From: a virus
Taxonomy: Duplodnaviria > Heunggongvirae > Uroviricota > Caudoviricetes
Length of the DNA stretch: 64,000 nucleotides
IMG/VR virus record: IMGVR_UViG_3300035212_002004
Location: 40,100 to 104,099 of that record
Reading direction: 5' to 3' (one strand)
Part shown: positions 33,794 through 43,302 of the stretch, piece after piece
Layout: each line of letters begins with the position of its first letter
How positions within the stretch are numbered: position 1 is the stretch's first letter
Program-made: the position numbers and the translations under genes
The notes under the pieces: generated by a model
What the model saw: only the letters and a program-made list of their open reading frames with translations
Told to the model about the DNA's origin: nothing
Database searches by the model: none

Positions 33794-35854
33794 CTAGCTA
33801 TTTGGTGTATTGATATTAAAAACTTCAGGATCAAATCTTACATTTTTAGTATCCCAAAAAGGAATTTTAGAAGCAGGATTTTGAAGTCTGTTAATAAAGT
33901 TTTCTTGAATACCATGATCACTAATCAATATGTGTTTTTTCTGAATTGCAGCTTCAGTTACTCTAGATAGTGATGGTAATTCGTTAAGTATAGGAGTAAA
34001 TGTACAAGATACGTTAACTACTTGTGGTAACTCCATCATATCAGCATCTGAGTTGGAATTGATAAAATCAGGGCTTCCAGGAGTTGTAGTGTTGGTAAAG
34101 TCTAAGGTTTCAAAAGATCTTGCAGTTTCAGGTTCTGAGTATTTTATTTCCCAAGGATAATTATCATCTACACTTATATTCATAGATTTTAAAATACCTG
34201 GAGTTCTATAGAAATATTCTCCTATAGTTAATTTATGTAAATTACCTCTCATAAATCCTTGACCACTGTAGTCAGGGTATAAAGATGATGCTAAGTAATT
34301 TAATTTTTGCCATAAAGGTAACATTTCTTGTTTAGATTGAGCTACTACTTTAAATTGAAAGCTTACATCTCTAGTAAAACCTTGGTATGTAAAAAATTCT
34401 TCACCTCTACCCATATACCTTTGACCATTCCAAGTAGCCCCATGATTATCAGCAAAATTAGTTAAAAATGCTCTAAAATGTACCTTAGTAGTGACTATAT
34501 TAGAATCAGAAGTTTTTTCACCTTTACTATTAGTAGATGTTAAAGAGGTTCCTGTTGTCCCATCATTATTTATTACTTCAAAAGCAAATTTAATTAAATC
34601 TCTAGCTTCAGGTTTACCATTAAAAGGATCAGTAGCATCAGCATATAATGGTATCATATTTACCTGATCTTGACCACTATAATTAACTTGATTTACAAAT
34701 TTTCTTTGATCTTTAAGTCTACCTCCAGGGCTACCTATACCAACTCTTGTTACTATATTAATTAAAGGATTATTGTATTTACGTGCTTGAGAACGAGCAG
34801 GATCTAGAGGATCTAATGAATTAGATCTAAAATCTTGTATTTCTTTTTGAGTAGTTACAGGACCAGAATATTCTTTAGAAGCTATTAAAGCATTATATCC
34901 CATTAAATTACCAAACTGATTAACTGAGGGTATACCTTCAGGTATTTTATCAGGTCTTATAAAATCAGGTGAGGACTGTTGATAAAAAACATCAGCAATT
35001 TTATACCCTCCTATAGTAACAGAATTAAGTTCTCCTGTAAATAAATTAGGTATTTGGAAAGTTAAACCTTTAGAAAAAGTTTTAGATATTCCTAATAAAT
35101 TATTTACATCTAATGTACGTGTTAGTGAAGGTCTAATTTGACCTGCAGGAGCAGTTCCAGTGTTTATAGAAACTCCTTTAAAATCTGTTGCTTTAAATAT
35201 AGTTGTGTTACCATCTCCATATAATGAATCCGGTCCCATTGCATAATCAAATAAAGTGTTATCATTATTAGTAGTAATTCCTAAATTAGTAGCACTACCT
35301 AAAGAATTTACTATATCATCCAAATTAGAATTTACTTTTATATTAAATAAAGTAACTAATCTATTTTGGTCTTTAGTTTTATGAGAAACTATATACTCAT
35401 ACTTATTTTGAGCCCCATCAGGTCCCAATTCGTTAGTATTTGCTCCGGCTCTTGGAATATGAATGCCAGTACCTTGTTCAAATACTTGAGCTAATAAATT
35501 AGCATTTAAGTTGTAGGTTTGGGTATTTAATCTAGAGGCTTTGCCTCCAGTTTCAATGTTTGGATTTGATTTTTGTAATCCTACTTGCTTAGCAGTAAAT
35601 ATAGATCCCTTGGGAAAATCAGTTAGAAAACGCGATATTCTTACAGAGTCTTCAGTAGACGCTACAGTGGAATATAGTCCACCTCTTAATGGCCAATCTG
35701 CGCTATTTCTCGCTATGCCAGCAAGATATTCACCAGCAGGTGAATCCTCAGGTAATCCAGGTTGTATATAGGGAAGGCCACTAGAGCCTCCTCCTTGTAT
35801 ATCATTTCCGAACCTTAAGGATTTTAAACTGGTTTTAAGAGAGATTAACGCCAT
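33794..35854 (-). CDS. Probable baseplate / tail tube initiator protein
   Basis: 686 aa; C-terminal FRAFL...D...W....Y.GR.E.F..Y..F.R...F.F tube-like domain. Confidence 0.65.
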   Translation of the reverse strand: MALISLKTSLKSLRFGNDIQGGGSSGLPYIQPGLPEDSPAGEYLAGIARNSADWPLRGGLYSTVASTEDSVRISRFLTDFPKGSIFTAKQVGLQKSNPNIETGGKASRLNTQTYNLNANLLAQVFEQGTGIHIPRAGANTNELGPDGAQNKYEYIVSHKTKDQNRLVTLFNIKVNSNLDDIVNSLGSATNLGITTNNDNTLFDYAMGPDSLYGDGNTTIFKATDFKGVSINTGTAPAGQIRPSLTRTLDVNNLLGISKTFSKGLTFQIPNLFTGELNSVTIGGYKIADVFYQQSSPDFIRPDKIPEGIPSVNQFGNLMGYNALIASKEYSGPVTTQKEIQDFRSNSLDPLDPARSQARKYNNPLINIVTRVGIGSPGGRLKDQRKFVNQVNYSGQDQVNMIPLYADATDPFNGKPEARDLIKFAFEVINNDGTTGTSLTSTNSKGEKTSDSNIVTTKVHFRAFLTNFADNHGATWNGQRYMGRGEEFFTYQGFTRDVSFQFKVVAQSKQEMLPLWQKLNYLASSLYPDYSGQGFMRGNLHKLTIGEYFYRTPGILKSMNISVDDNYPWEIKYSEPETARSFETLDFTNTTTPGSPDFINSNSDADMMELPQVVNVSCTFTPILNELPSLSRVTEAAIQKKHILISDHGIQENFINRLQNPASKIPFWDTKNVRFDPEVFNINTPNS

Positions 35855-35859
35855 TGAAT

Positions 35860-36147
35860 TTATCCAGGTAAGTTATCTAAATACCCTTGTCCTGGATTGC
35901 TTCTGTAAGCAGCAGTATTAAGTCGGTCTTTTTCTTCTAAATTTGAAGGTAGATAAGTTACTGGGGGCGCTTGTAATCCATTTACTCCACCTACTATAAT
36001 TTTAGAACTCATATTAGGAGTGCCATTAGTGGAGAATAAATTATGACGTGTGAATCCTGGAGGATTAGTATTTGTAGTTGAAGGAACAGTGTCTCCACTA
36101 TATCCGTAATCACTTGCTCCAGCATTTAATAATTTTAATAATCCCAT
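35860..36147 (-). CDS. Hypothetical virion protein
   Basis: 95 aa after the tape measure gene. Confidence 0.65.
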   Translation of the reverse strand: MGLLKLLNAGASDYGYSGDTVPSTTNTNPPGFTRHNLFSTNGTPNMSSKIIVGGVNGLQAPPVTYLPSNLEEKDRLNTAAYRSNPGQGYLDNLPG

Positions 36148-36186
36148 TGTGTTTATATTTTATTGTTTATAATAAATATTGAAAAA

Positions 36187-38511
36187 TTATATTTTACGTG
36201 TAGCTATTCCCATTGGGGTTTGTAATCCTCTTGATACACTTACTCCATCTAAATTAGTTTGAACTTGTACTTTAGATACAGCTTGAGCTAAATGAGCTCC
36301 TAATTTCTCATAATCAATCATTGGAGATGATTGTTGGGCGGGTTGAGTTCTTATATTAGGAGATACAGCTAAACCATCTCCAGTAGCTGTAATAGCGGTA
36401 GCGCCAAATTTATCAGTTATAGTAAAAGGACCATTATTTGGAGAAGCTACACCATCTTGCACAGCTTGAGGTTCCATATAGGTTTTATAAGCTGCTATTC
36501 CTCCAGCTGCTGCTGCTAATATAACAGCTGCTCCAACTCCTAGTGTTAATGATGTCCCTAACATAAAAGCTGCTAAAGCTGCTGCTGCTAAGGTAGTTGC
36601 TATCTTTCCTAACACAGGACCTAAACTATTTAATCCATCAAAAATATAACCTACTCCTTTCATTACTGCTCCTATCACACTTAATATACCAGCAAATGCA
36701 TCTAATACAGGCATTAAAGGTTCAGCTAAAGTAACAAATATTTCTTTTAATTTTTCAATAGAAGTATTAAATCTATCTTGAATTGAAGCTGATTGCATTT
36801 GATTATCTAGTTCTTTTTGACCTAATTCTGCTATAGCTTGAGTACTAAAACCTTGTTCTTTTAATAAGGCTAATTTTTTTCTATTTTCTTCAGTATCACC
36901 TCCAGTTAATTTAGATAAAGCAGCTTGTTCTATTAACATTCCTCCTAATTGATCACGAGATAATCCCATAGCTTTAGCTACAGCCTCTTGTTGAATAACA
37001 TTCATCCCGGCAAATTTAACCTGATCTATGCCTTGTTTCCCTAATTCTTGTGCTAAACCTGATATGCTGTTTGTTAAAGCGTAGTATCTTGCTCGTTCTA
37101 GATTTAATTGTTTACCTGTTATTACTTCGGCCTCAAATTCAGCAGCAATTGAAGATTCAATATTAAGTAAAGAATCTTGAACACCTTGTATAGATTCTAG
37201 TTCTAAACCTATTTTTTTAGCAGCATAAGCGGCTTCAATTAATTTTTTAGGTTGAGCAGCAAAGGTTGCTAAAAGACCTTTAGAGGTTTTAGCTATACTT
37301 TCTATTAAAGTTTTTTCATTAATAGCAGTATTATTAACTAAATTTAAAGCTTTAGCTTGACCTAAAAATGAAGTTACAATATCTTTAGCAGGCTTATCAG
37401 TTGCTAAAGATAATTTAGAAATCATTGTAGCGGCTTCTACACTATAAAATGCTTGTTTTGTAAGTTCGGTTTGAGTTAATAATAATTCATTACTTAAATT
37501 AGCATTAGTACCTAAAGCTCCATTTATTTGATTAAAGGATTCATTTATACCTTTAGTAGTAATAAAAATATTACCACTAGCGTTAGCTATTGAGTTGAAT
37601 TGTTGGCTTAATCCTGCTGCGGTACTATATGAAACTCCTAACTGTTTAGCAGTATCTCCTATAGTTTTATCCAATTCAGTAAAGGATTTGAATGCTTCTA
37701 CTGCTAAAAATAATGGACCAAAAGATTTTAAAAGTGCTGGTCCTAGAGCTTTAGCTCCAGCTATAAAAGTATTTTGGCTTTTGGCTTCAAGACCCATAGA
37801 TTTTGCTCTAGCTGCTGCGGCCGCCCCTGTTAATCCTCCTAATTCCTTTTCTAAACCTAATTGTTTAATTTTTTCTTTAGTAAGCCCTTTTCCATTAAGA
37901 TCTAAAATATCTTGGAATTCTTTTTTATTAATAGCATTTTGAGTTCCAACTTCTCTAGCGGCTTCTGCTGCTTTATTAAAAGGTTCTGAAAATCTACTTA
38001 ATCCTGGTATTGCTTTACTTATATCAGATAAGGCTCCAAACATTTTTACCCCAAAATTATTAGCTATATTCTGACTGGTCTGTTCTAATTTTCCTGTTTC
38101 TATTAATAATTCTTGGACATTTTTAATTTGGTCTCCTATAGATTGGTTTATTTCTCTATTTAATTCTTTATCATCAGTATAAATTTTATTTTTAAGAGAA
38201 GATAAAGTATAAAGAGATTTTTCTAGAGTTTGTCTTTGTTTAGCTAACTCAGCTATACTTTTTTGAGTCCCTAAATCTTTTTTATCAATAGCATAAGTTT
38301 GATCAGCAATTTTTACTATCTCTCTTCCTATAGAGCGAAGTTTATTTTTTTCAATAATTTGAAATTGAACTGATTTTGTTTGGTCTCTTAAAACATTAGC
38401 TAAATCTCTAGAATCATCTAAGATGCTCTCTCCAATTCCTTGTCGTTGTTGTAAAAGTCTAATTAAATCCTGTTCAAGAGATAAATTATCTTGATTAGTA
38501 TTGTCTGCCAT
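36187..38511 (-). CDS. Tape measure protein
   Basis: 774 aa, Ala/Gly/Leu-rich helical protein with hydrophobic segments, downstream of the tube and chaperone genes. Confidence 0.85.
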   Translation of the reverse strand: MADNTNQDNLSLEQDLIRLLQQRQGIGESILDDSRDLANVLRDQTKSVQFQIIEKNKLRSIGREIVKIADQTYAIDKKDLGTQKSIAELAKQRQTLEKSLYTLSSLKNKIYTDDKELNREINQSIGDQIKNVQELLIETGKLEQTSQNIANNFGVKMFGALSDISKAIPGLSRFSEPFNKAAEAAREVGTQNAINKKEFQDILDLNGKGLTKEKIKQLGLEKELGGLTGAAAAARAKSMGLEAKSQNTFIAGAKALGPALLKSFGPLFLAVEAFKSFTELDKTIGDTAKQLGVSYSTAAGLSQQFNSIANASGNIFITTKGINESFNQINGALGTNANLSNELLLTQTELTKQAFYSVEAATMISKLSLATDKPAKDIVTSFLGQAKALNLVNNTAINEKTLIESIAKTSKGLLATFAAQPKKLIEAAYAAKKIGLELESIQGVQDSLLNIESSIAAEFEAEVITGKQLNLERARYYALTNSISGLAQELGKQGIDQVKFAGMNVIQQEAVAKAMGLSRDQLGGMLIEQAALSKLTGGDTEENRKKLALLKEQGFSTQAIAELGQKELDNQMQSASIQDRFNTSIEKLKEIFVTLAEPLMPVLDAFAGILSVIGAVMKGVGYIFDGLNSLGPVLGKIATTLAAAALAAFMLGTSLTLGVGAAVILAAAAGGIAAYKTYMEPQAVQDGVASPNNGPFTITDKFGATAITATGDGLAVSPNIRTQPAQQSSPMIDYEKLGAHLAQAVSKVQVQTNLDGVSVSRGLQTPMGIATRKI

Positions 38512-38558
38512 AATAACTTAGTATATAATATAAATATTGAATAGATAAAAAATGCCCA

Positions 38559-38837
38559 CTATTTAGTGGGCACTTTAGCATTATATGTGTTTGCTTGAGG
38601 TATATTAGGTCTAGCTACTTCAGTGACATTTTTATTAGTTAACTGATTATTTTGAGCATCTATTTGGGCTTGTTCCTTATCATAATGTTCTTTTAACTTA
38701 TTAAAAGTAAATGTTCGAAGCCAAATAGGCATTTCATAAACAGTATTCCAATCATATCCTCCTTTACCATGAAATATTATTTCATGTATTTGAGAAAATA
38801 AATTTATTCTATAGGTTGAGGTCAGGCCAAAAAAAGT
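38559..38837 (-). CDS. Frameshift extension of the tail assembly chaperone (G-T type)
   Basis: 93-codon open frame entered at a T7 run; encodes YRINLFSQIHEIIFHGKGGYDWNTVYEMPIWLR..., whose first half has no ATG of its own. Confidence 0.75.
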   Translation of the reverse strand, partial: TFFGLTSTYRINLFSQIHEIIFHGKGGYDWNTVYEMPIWLRTFTFNKLKEHYDKEQAQIDAQNNQLTNKNVTEVARPNIPQANTYNAKVPTK

Positions 38838-39555
38838 TTAGACTAATTGGTACGGCGATGTCCTCCCCTTCATCACCCTTAATAGTTAAATTGATATCTG
38901 GAGATATTCTTTTTATTTCTTGACGTAACGCTCTTGAATCTCTTGCTAATAATTCATTATCAACAAATTCTCTTACTGTTTTTCTTTCTTTATCTCCATT
39001 AATTGAAGTAAGTATGTATTTTAAACGCGTAGAAATTTCAGGTGCACCACCGTTAGGAAATAATTTTTTTAATCCTTTTAATTCCGCTTCTATCGCTGCT
39101 TCATCACCATGTGTTAGGATTTTATATCCAACTTCTAATTTAGATGCAGGTAAAGTAAAGAAAAATTCATTACCATTAGTATAATCTACATCTTCAGGTA
39201 ATTCTTTATCTTTTAGAGTAGTTAAATCTACTTTATATGTTTTTCCTCCTGATTCGAATTCATAATCTTGACCATATCCTAAAACACGTGAAGCAATTAA
39301 GATAGCGTTTTTATCTCCAATTATCATATCTTTTAAATCTACTTTAGATACTATAAGTGAGTCTAGTAGTTTATCTAATACTGTACCTTGTTGAATGTAA
39401 TTTGAGTTAGTTAGAATATCTTCTTCTCTTGCTCCCATATACTTCATTTCAATAGTACCACTTGAAAGGGGATTGTCTTTTGAGTAAAGTAAACCTTTTG
39501 AAGGTAATTCTACAATTTCTGTAGGGAATTTTGGTTTTGTAACTTGATTTTCCAT
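38809..39555 (-). CDS. Tail/baseplate assembly chaperone (T4 gp26-like)
   Basis: PTEIVELPSKG, M.AREEDILT, ends NFFWPD at a slippery site. Confidence 0.8.
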   Translation of the reverse strand: MENQVTKPKFPTEIVELPSKGLLYSKDNPLSSGTIEMKYMGAREEDILTNSNYIQQGTVLDKLLDSLIVSKVDLKDMIIGDKNAILIASRVLGYGQDYEFESGGKTYKVDLTTLKDKELPEDVDYTNGNEFFFTLPASKLEVGYKILTHGDEAAIEAELKGLKKLFPNGGAPEISTRLKYILTSINGDKERKTVREFVDNELLARDSRALRQEIKRISPDINLTIKGDEGEDIAVPISLNFFWPDLNL

Positions 39556-39643
39556 AAATTATTTTAATGTTTATATATAAATATAGCGAGGATAAAAAAA
39601 ACCCACCATTTGGTGGGTTAATTTTGAAATATATTTGTATAGC

Positions 39644-40132
39644 TTAGAAGTTTAAGATACAATAATCCATTGCTAATGTACAGTTAATTTCTGCTGCTGC
39701 TTCACCTTGTGACCAATCATAATCACCAAATGTCGCTGATTTGATAAATGCACCTTTTATGATCCATTCACCAACTACGTCACCTACAGGTCCTAGAACA
39801 TTCAATGTGATGTCTTTTTTATAGAAATCTGAGTATCCATCTCTACCTGTTACAGATTCGTGAGATAAACGCATCCATTCCATTACTGCTTGTGAACCTG
39901 CTGGAGCAATTGGATCATATAATGATAATGTAATATCGTTCCATTTTACTTTACCTTTTATTTTACGGTAAACATTGATGTGATCAAGTGTGATTTCACC
40001 AGCATCGAATCCAGGAGCCGAAGCTTTCTTAATCATATAAGCTGGGATTCCTTCTATATACATTATAAACCTATTTGATACTTTAGGTTCGAAAGCCGTA
40101 AACATAATCTCATTAGGGTTTAATACTGCCAT
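39644..40132 (-). CDS. Tail tube protein (T4 gp19-like)
   Basis: FEPK..NRF, W..IT..LYDPI, W......TGRDGY...YKKD, W...GAF; likely start MAVLNP at 40132. Confidence 0.9.
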   Translation of the reverse strand: MAVLNPNEIMFTAFEPKVSNRFIMYIEGIPAYMIKKASAPGFDAGEITLDHINVYRKIKGKVKWNDITLSLYDPIAPAGSQAVMEWMRLSHESVTGRDGYSDFYKKDITLNVLGPVGDVVGEWIIKGAFIKSATFGDYDWSQGEAAAEINCTLAMDYCILNF

Positions 40133-40202
40133 GTTATATTTTTTATTAGTTTGTTGTTTTAATTTAATGTTTACAATAAATATTAAAAAATAGAGGAAAA
40201 TG

Positions 40203-40844
40203 TTATAAGTTTTTATATTCCCATTTATAACCATAAGCTGATTTTGAGAACCCTGTAAGACAGCAACTTATATTACTTCTTTTAAATTTTATATTACTGT
40301 TAGATGCGGCTTCTATACTTTTAAAAGAATTTATTATATCTCCATTTTTATCTAACTGATTAATAGGTTTAGAGTGCTTTTCTTTAAAGGATTTTGTTTG
40401 AAAACAAGGATGATTAGTTTTAGATTTACTTATTTTATCTTTGGTCTCTTGAGACATTACTAAATTTTGGGATAATTTTACTTTACTAATATTTTTTCCA
40501 AATCCTTGTGGTTTTGGTTTACCTTTATTTTTAATTCTTAATTTAAGTTTTGATTCTTCAGAACAAAATGAAGGACCTCCACCACCATTATTCCCATTCA
40601 TTAATTGAAATCCCCACTGTCTAAATTGTTCAATCCAAAACCTTTCTAATTTTATCCAATCTTTATATTCTAATGAGTCTACTTCATCTATATAAAAATA
40701 CTTAGCTTTATCTCCATAAGTTCTTAAATGTTTAGCTTTTCTACAATTCTTTGTTTTTCCTATATAGACTTTATTAGGATCTCCATAACAATTTTCTACT
40801 AAATAAATCTTAGTAATTTGGGAAGTTTCTTGTATATTTATCAT
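40203..40844 (-). CDS. GIY-YIG putative homing endonuclease between sheath and tube genes
   Basis: N-terminus nearly identical to 25370-26266; NUMOD3/NUMOD1-like C-terminus. Confidence 0.88.
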   Translation of the reverse strand: MINIQETSQITKIYLVENCYGDPNKVYIGKTKNCRKAKHLRTYGDKAKYFYIDEVDSLEYKDWIKLERFWIEQFRQWGFQLMNGNNGGGGPSFCSEESKLKLRIKNKGKPKPQGFGKNISKVKLSQNLVMSQETKDKISKSKTNHPCFQTKSFKEKHSKPINQLDKNGDIINSFKSIEAASNSNIKFKRSNISCCLTGFSKSAYGYKWEYKNL

Positions 40845-40966
40845 AGTAATATTATTAATGTTTCGCGACGATAAATATTACTTCTTTAAGCCTCTAAATA
40901 GAGGCTTTTATATTATTAAAAAAGGCCCTAATAAAGGGCCTTAATATACTTATCTTTATAATATTA

Positions 40967-42610
40967 TCAACTGAAAGTTGTTGAAGTTGGTGTAACATTG
41001 AAATCTAATATAACAAACTCAGCAGTTCTTGTAGGTTGGATAAAAATCTGTCCTAGCAATTGATTTCTATCGATTACATCTGCAGTATTGTTACTTTCGT
41101 CCATTACTACTTTATAAGCGTATAAACCTTGTCTTTGTTGAATTGATTCAAGATATGGATTAACTTGTCTTAAGAATCTATTTCTTGTAGCGATTGTATT
41201 TTGTTCAAATACTAAATTATTAGCGACTTGACCAATATATCCTTTTAATTCAATTAATAATCTTCTAACATTAATTCTATCTAAAGCAGATGCTTTTTTC
41301 TGTAATGTTTTCTGACCATAAGCTACAACACCTTGTCCAGGGAATGTAGCAATTGAATTAATTTTTCCAGAGTATAAAGTATCTCTATCTGTTGGAGCTA
41401 ATTTTCTTTCAGCTTGAATTACACTTAAACTACCTCTTGTAAATCCTGCAGGTGCAAACCATGGAGCAGAAATTCTATCATTATAAGCAAATACAGAAGG
41501 TATGATTGTTGAAGGTGGAACCCATGTTAATTTTCCGGTGTTAGGAGCACTAATTTGAACCCATGGGTAATAGGCCGCAGCATAACTACTATCTACTGAT
41601 GTAGCGTTAGATATTACAGTAGCGATATTATCTCCAAAAGCTGACATATCAACAATAGCAATACAATCTCCTCTATTAGAAGCTAAGTTGGTTAATGATG
41701 TAATTACAGCATTTCCTGTTGTAGCAGTAACACCTGGAGTAGTGATGATATTAAATTTAAATTCATCAACATTGTTTAATAAGGAAATTGATGAAGTGTA
41801 ATCAGAGTTTGATAAACCATTTATAGCACAATTTATTCCTAAAGCTCCCCCAAAAGATGAACTAGCAGCTAATGGAATTGATGAAGTATATGAAGGAATT
41901 GGATTTCCTATATTATCAAAATAATTTGGAGTAGTTAAAGCAACTGTTTTTACTCTTACATATTTTGATTTATTAGTATAATCTCCAGTAGCTTGGATAT
42001 ACCCATTAGTAGTAGTAATAGATTGGTTACCAATTACTGCTGAGATAAAGTTTGGGGAATTTGGATCTAATGATAGGTTACTCCAAGATTCTAATACTAC
42101 TTTAGAGTTAGCATTATCATCTCCTCTTCTAATTAATAAACTAAATGTACCACTTCCAGTGTTAGGATTAACTATTTCCCATCTTACATTGCTAGATGAA
42201 CCCGATGCTAATGCTCCACTAATTTCAGATCCAGAATTATTCATGATAATACCTGATGATAAAGTTTCTAAAGTAAAGGCTACAACTGAACCTGAAGCTG
42301 CAATAGAACTACTTGCAGGGGCAAATGTACCACTCACTGCTCTAGTTACCAACAATGTAGTTCCTCCTTGTTGGAAGTAATTATAAGTAGATATTGAAGT
42401 TAAATATTCATTTGATGTACCTCCACTAATGAAAGATCCACCAAATTTATTTAAATAGTCACTATATGAAGTAACTAATGTTGGGATCCCAACAGGACCC
42501 ATCACAGTTGGTCCAACAATAGCTGCACCTGCAGTTATAGGACCTTGTGTAATTTGTGATTGGTCATTTTCTCTGGTTATTATACCTGGAGATAAAAGAG
42601 TTTCAGCCAT
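40967..42610 (-). CDS. Tail sheath protein (T4 gp18-like)
   Basis: SPG...E.D, YYPWV, WFAPAG..RG, G.KTLQ...SALDRINVRRL, FEQN motifs. Confidence 0.95.
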   Translation of the reverse strand: MAETLLSPGIITRENDQSQITQGPITAGAAIVGPTVMGPVGIPTLVTSYSDYLNKFGGSFISGGTSNEYLTSISTYNYFQQGGTTLLVTRAVSGTFAPASSSIAASGSVVAFTLETLSSGIIMNNSGSEISGALASGSSSNVRWEIVNPNTGSGTFSLLIRRGDDNANSKVVLESWSNLSLDPNSPNFISAVIGNQSITTTNGYIQATGDYTNKSKYVRVKTVALTTPNYFDNIGNPIPSYTSSIPLAASSSFGGALGINCAINGLSNSDYTSSISLLNNVDEFKFNIITTPGVTATTGNAVITSLTNLASNRGDCIAIVDMSAFGDNIATVISNATSVDSSYAAAYYPWVQISAPNTGKLTWVPPSTIIPSVFAYNDRISAPWFAPAGFTRGSLSVIQAERKLAPTDRDTLYSGKINSIATFPGQGVVAYGQKTLQKKASALDRINVRRLLIELKGYIGQVANNLVFEQNTIATRNRFLRQVNPYLESIQQRQGLYAYKVVMDESNNTADVIDRNQLLGQIFIQPTRTAEFVILDFNVTPTSTTFS

Positions 42611-42680
42611 TTTTAATTATGTTTAAATTATTTTGTTTATGTTTAGTAATAAATATTAAAAAAGGGTTCAAAACCTACTC

Positions 42681-42932
42681 TTATGAGTAGGTTAATGTAC
42701 CATCTTTTAAATCTATTTGAACATCACCATAAGTTTCTTTTAATTTTTTACTAATTTCAATTTCAAATGAGGTTAGTTGTTGATGTTGTTGTTTTAAGAG
42801 TTGTTCTTCAGTTTCAAGTTGTAATTTTCTGAATGATAATTGACCTAATTGGATAATTAACTTTTCGGATTGTTCTTGAAACATGTTTAATTCTTGTAAT
42901 TCTATTTCTTGTAATTTTGTGGGTTTTATCAT
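42681..42932 (-). CDS. Small coiled-coil protein
   Basis: 83 aa; ends YG...IDL.DG; paralogue of the pseudogene at 45767. Confidence 0.75.
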   Translation of the reverse strand: MIKPTKLQEIELQELNMFQEQSEKLIIQLGQLSFRKLQLETEEQLLKQQHQQLTSFEIEISKKLKETYGDVQIDLKDGTLTYS

Positions 42933-42957
42933 AACGTTGTTTTAATTTTTATTAATA

Positions 42958-43281
42958 TTATTGTCTCCAAGGAAGCCCGCTTTTTACAGCTTCAGCTTCT
43001 CTTGCCTGTTTTTGAGCTGTTACACTATTTTGAAGATCTACTTCAATGGCTGTTACTGCTTCTGCTCCTAAAGAATTTTGAACCCATCCTAATATAGTTT
43101 GTTCTGTAAGATTTGAATAAGCTACAAATCCTTCTGCAGAAGGGTCTCCTGCTAATTCCAATTGTCCTATATTTCTGCCAACGTAGTTTTCTAACTGAAC
43201 TGTGCATCCGTAAACTACCTTAGTAATTAATCCGTCTGCTGTTTGATACTTTGTATCAAAAATTTGCCATTTTGTTGTCAT
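42958..43281 (-). CDS. Hypothetical tail-fibre-associated protein
   Basis: 107 aa; F..Y..LTEQ..LGWV...LG pattern, follows a fibre gene. Confidence 0.7.
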   Translation of the reverse strand: MTTKWQIFDTKYQTADGLITKVVYGCTVQLENYVGRNIGQLELAGDPSAEGFVAYSNLTEQTILGWVQNSLGAEAVTAIEVDLQNSVTAQKQAREAEAVKSGLPWRQ

Positions 43282-43302
43282 ATTGTTTTTATTTATATCT
43301 TA

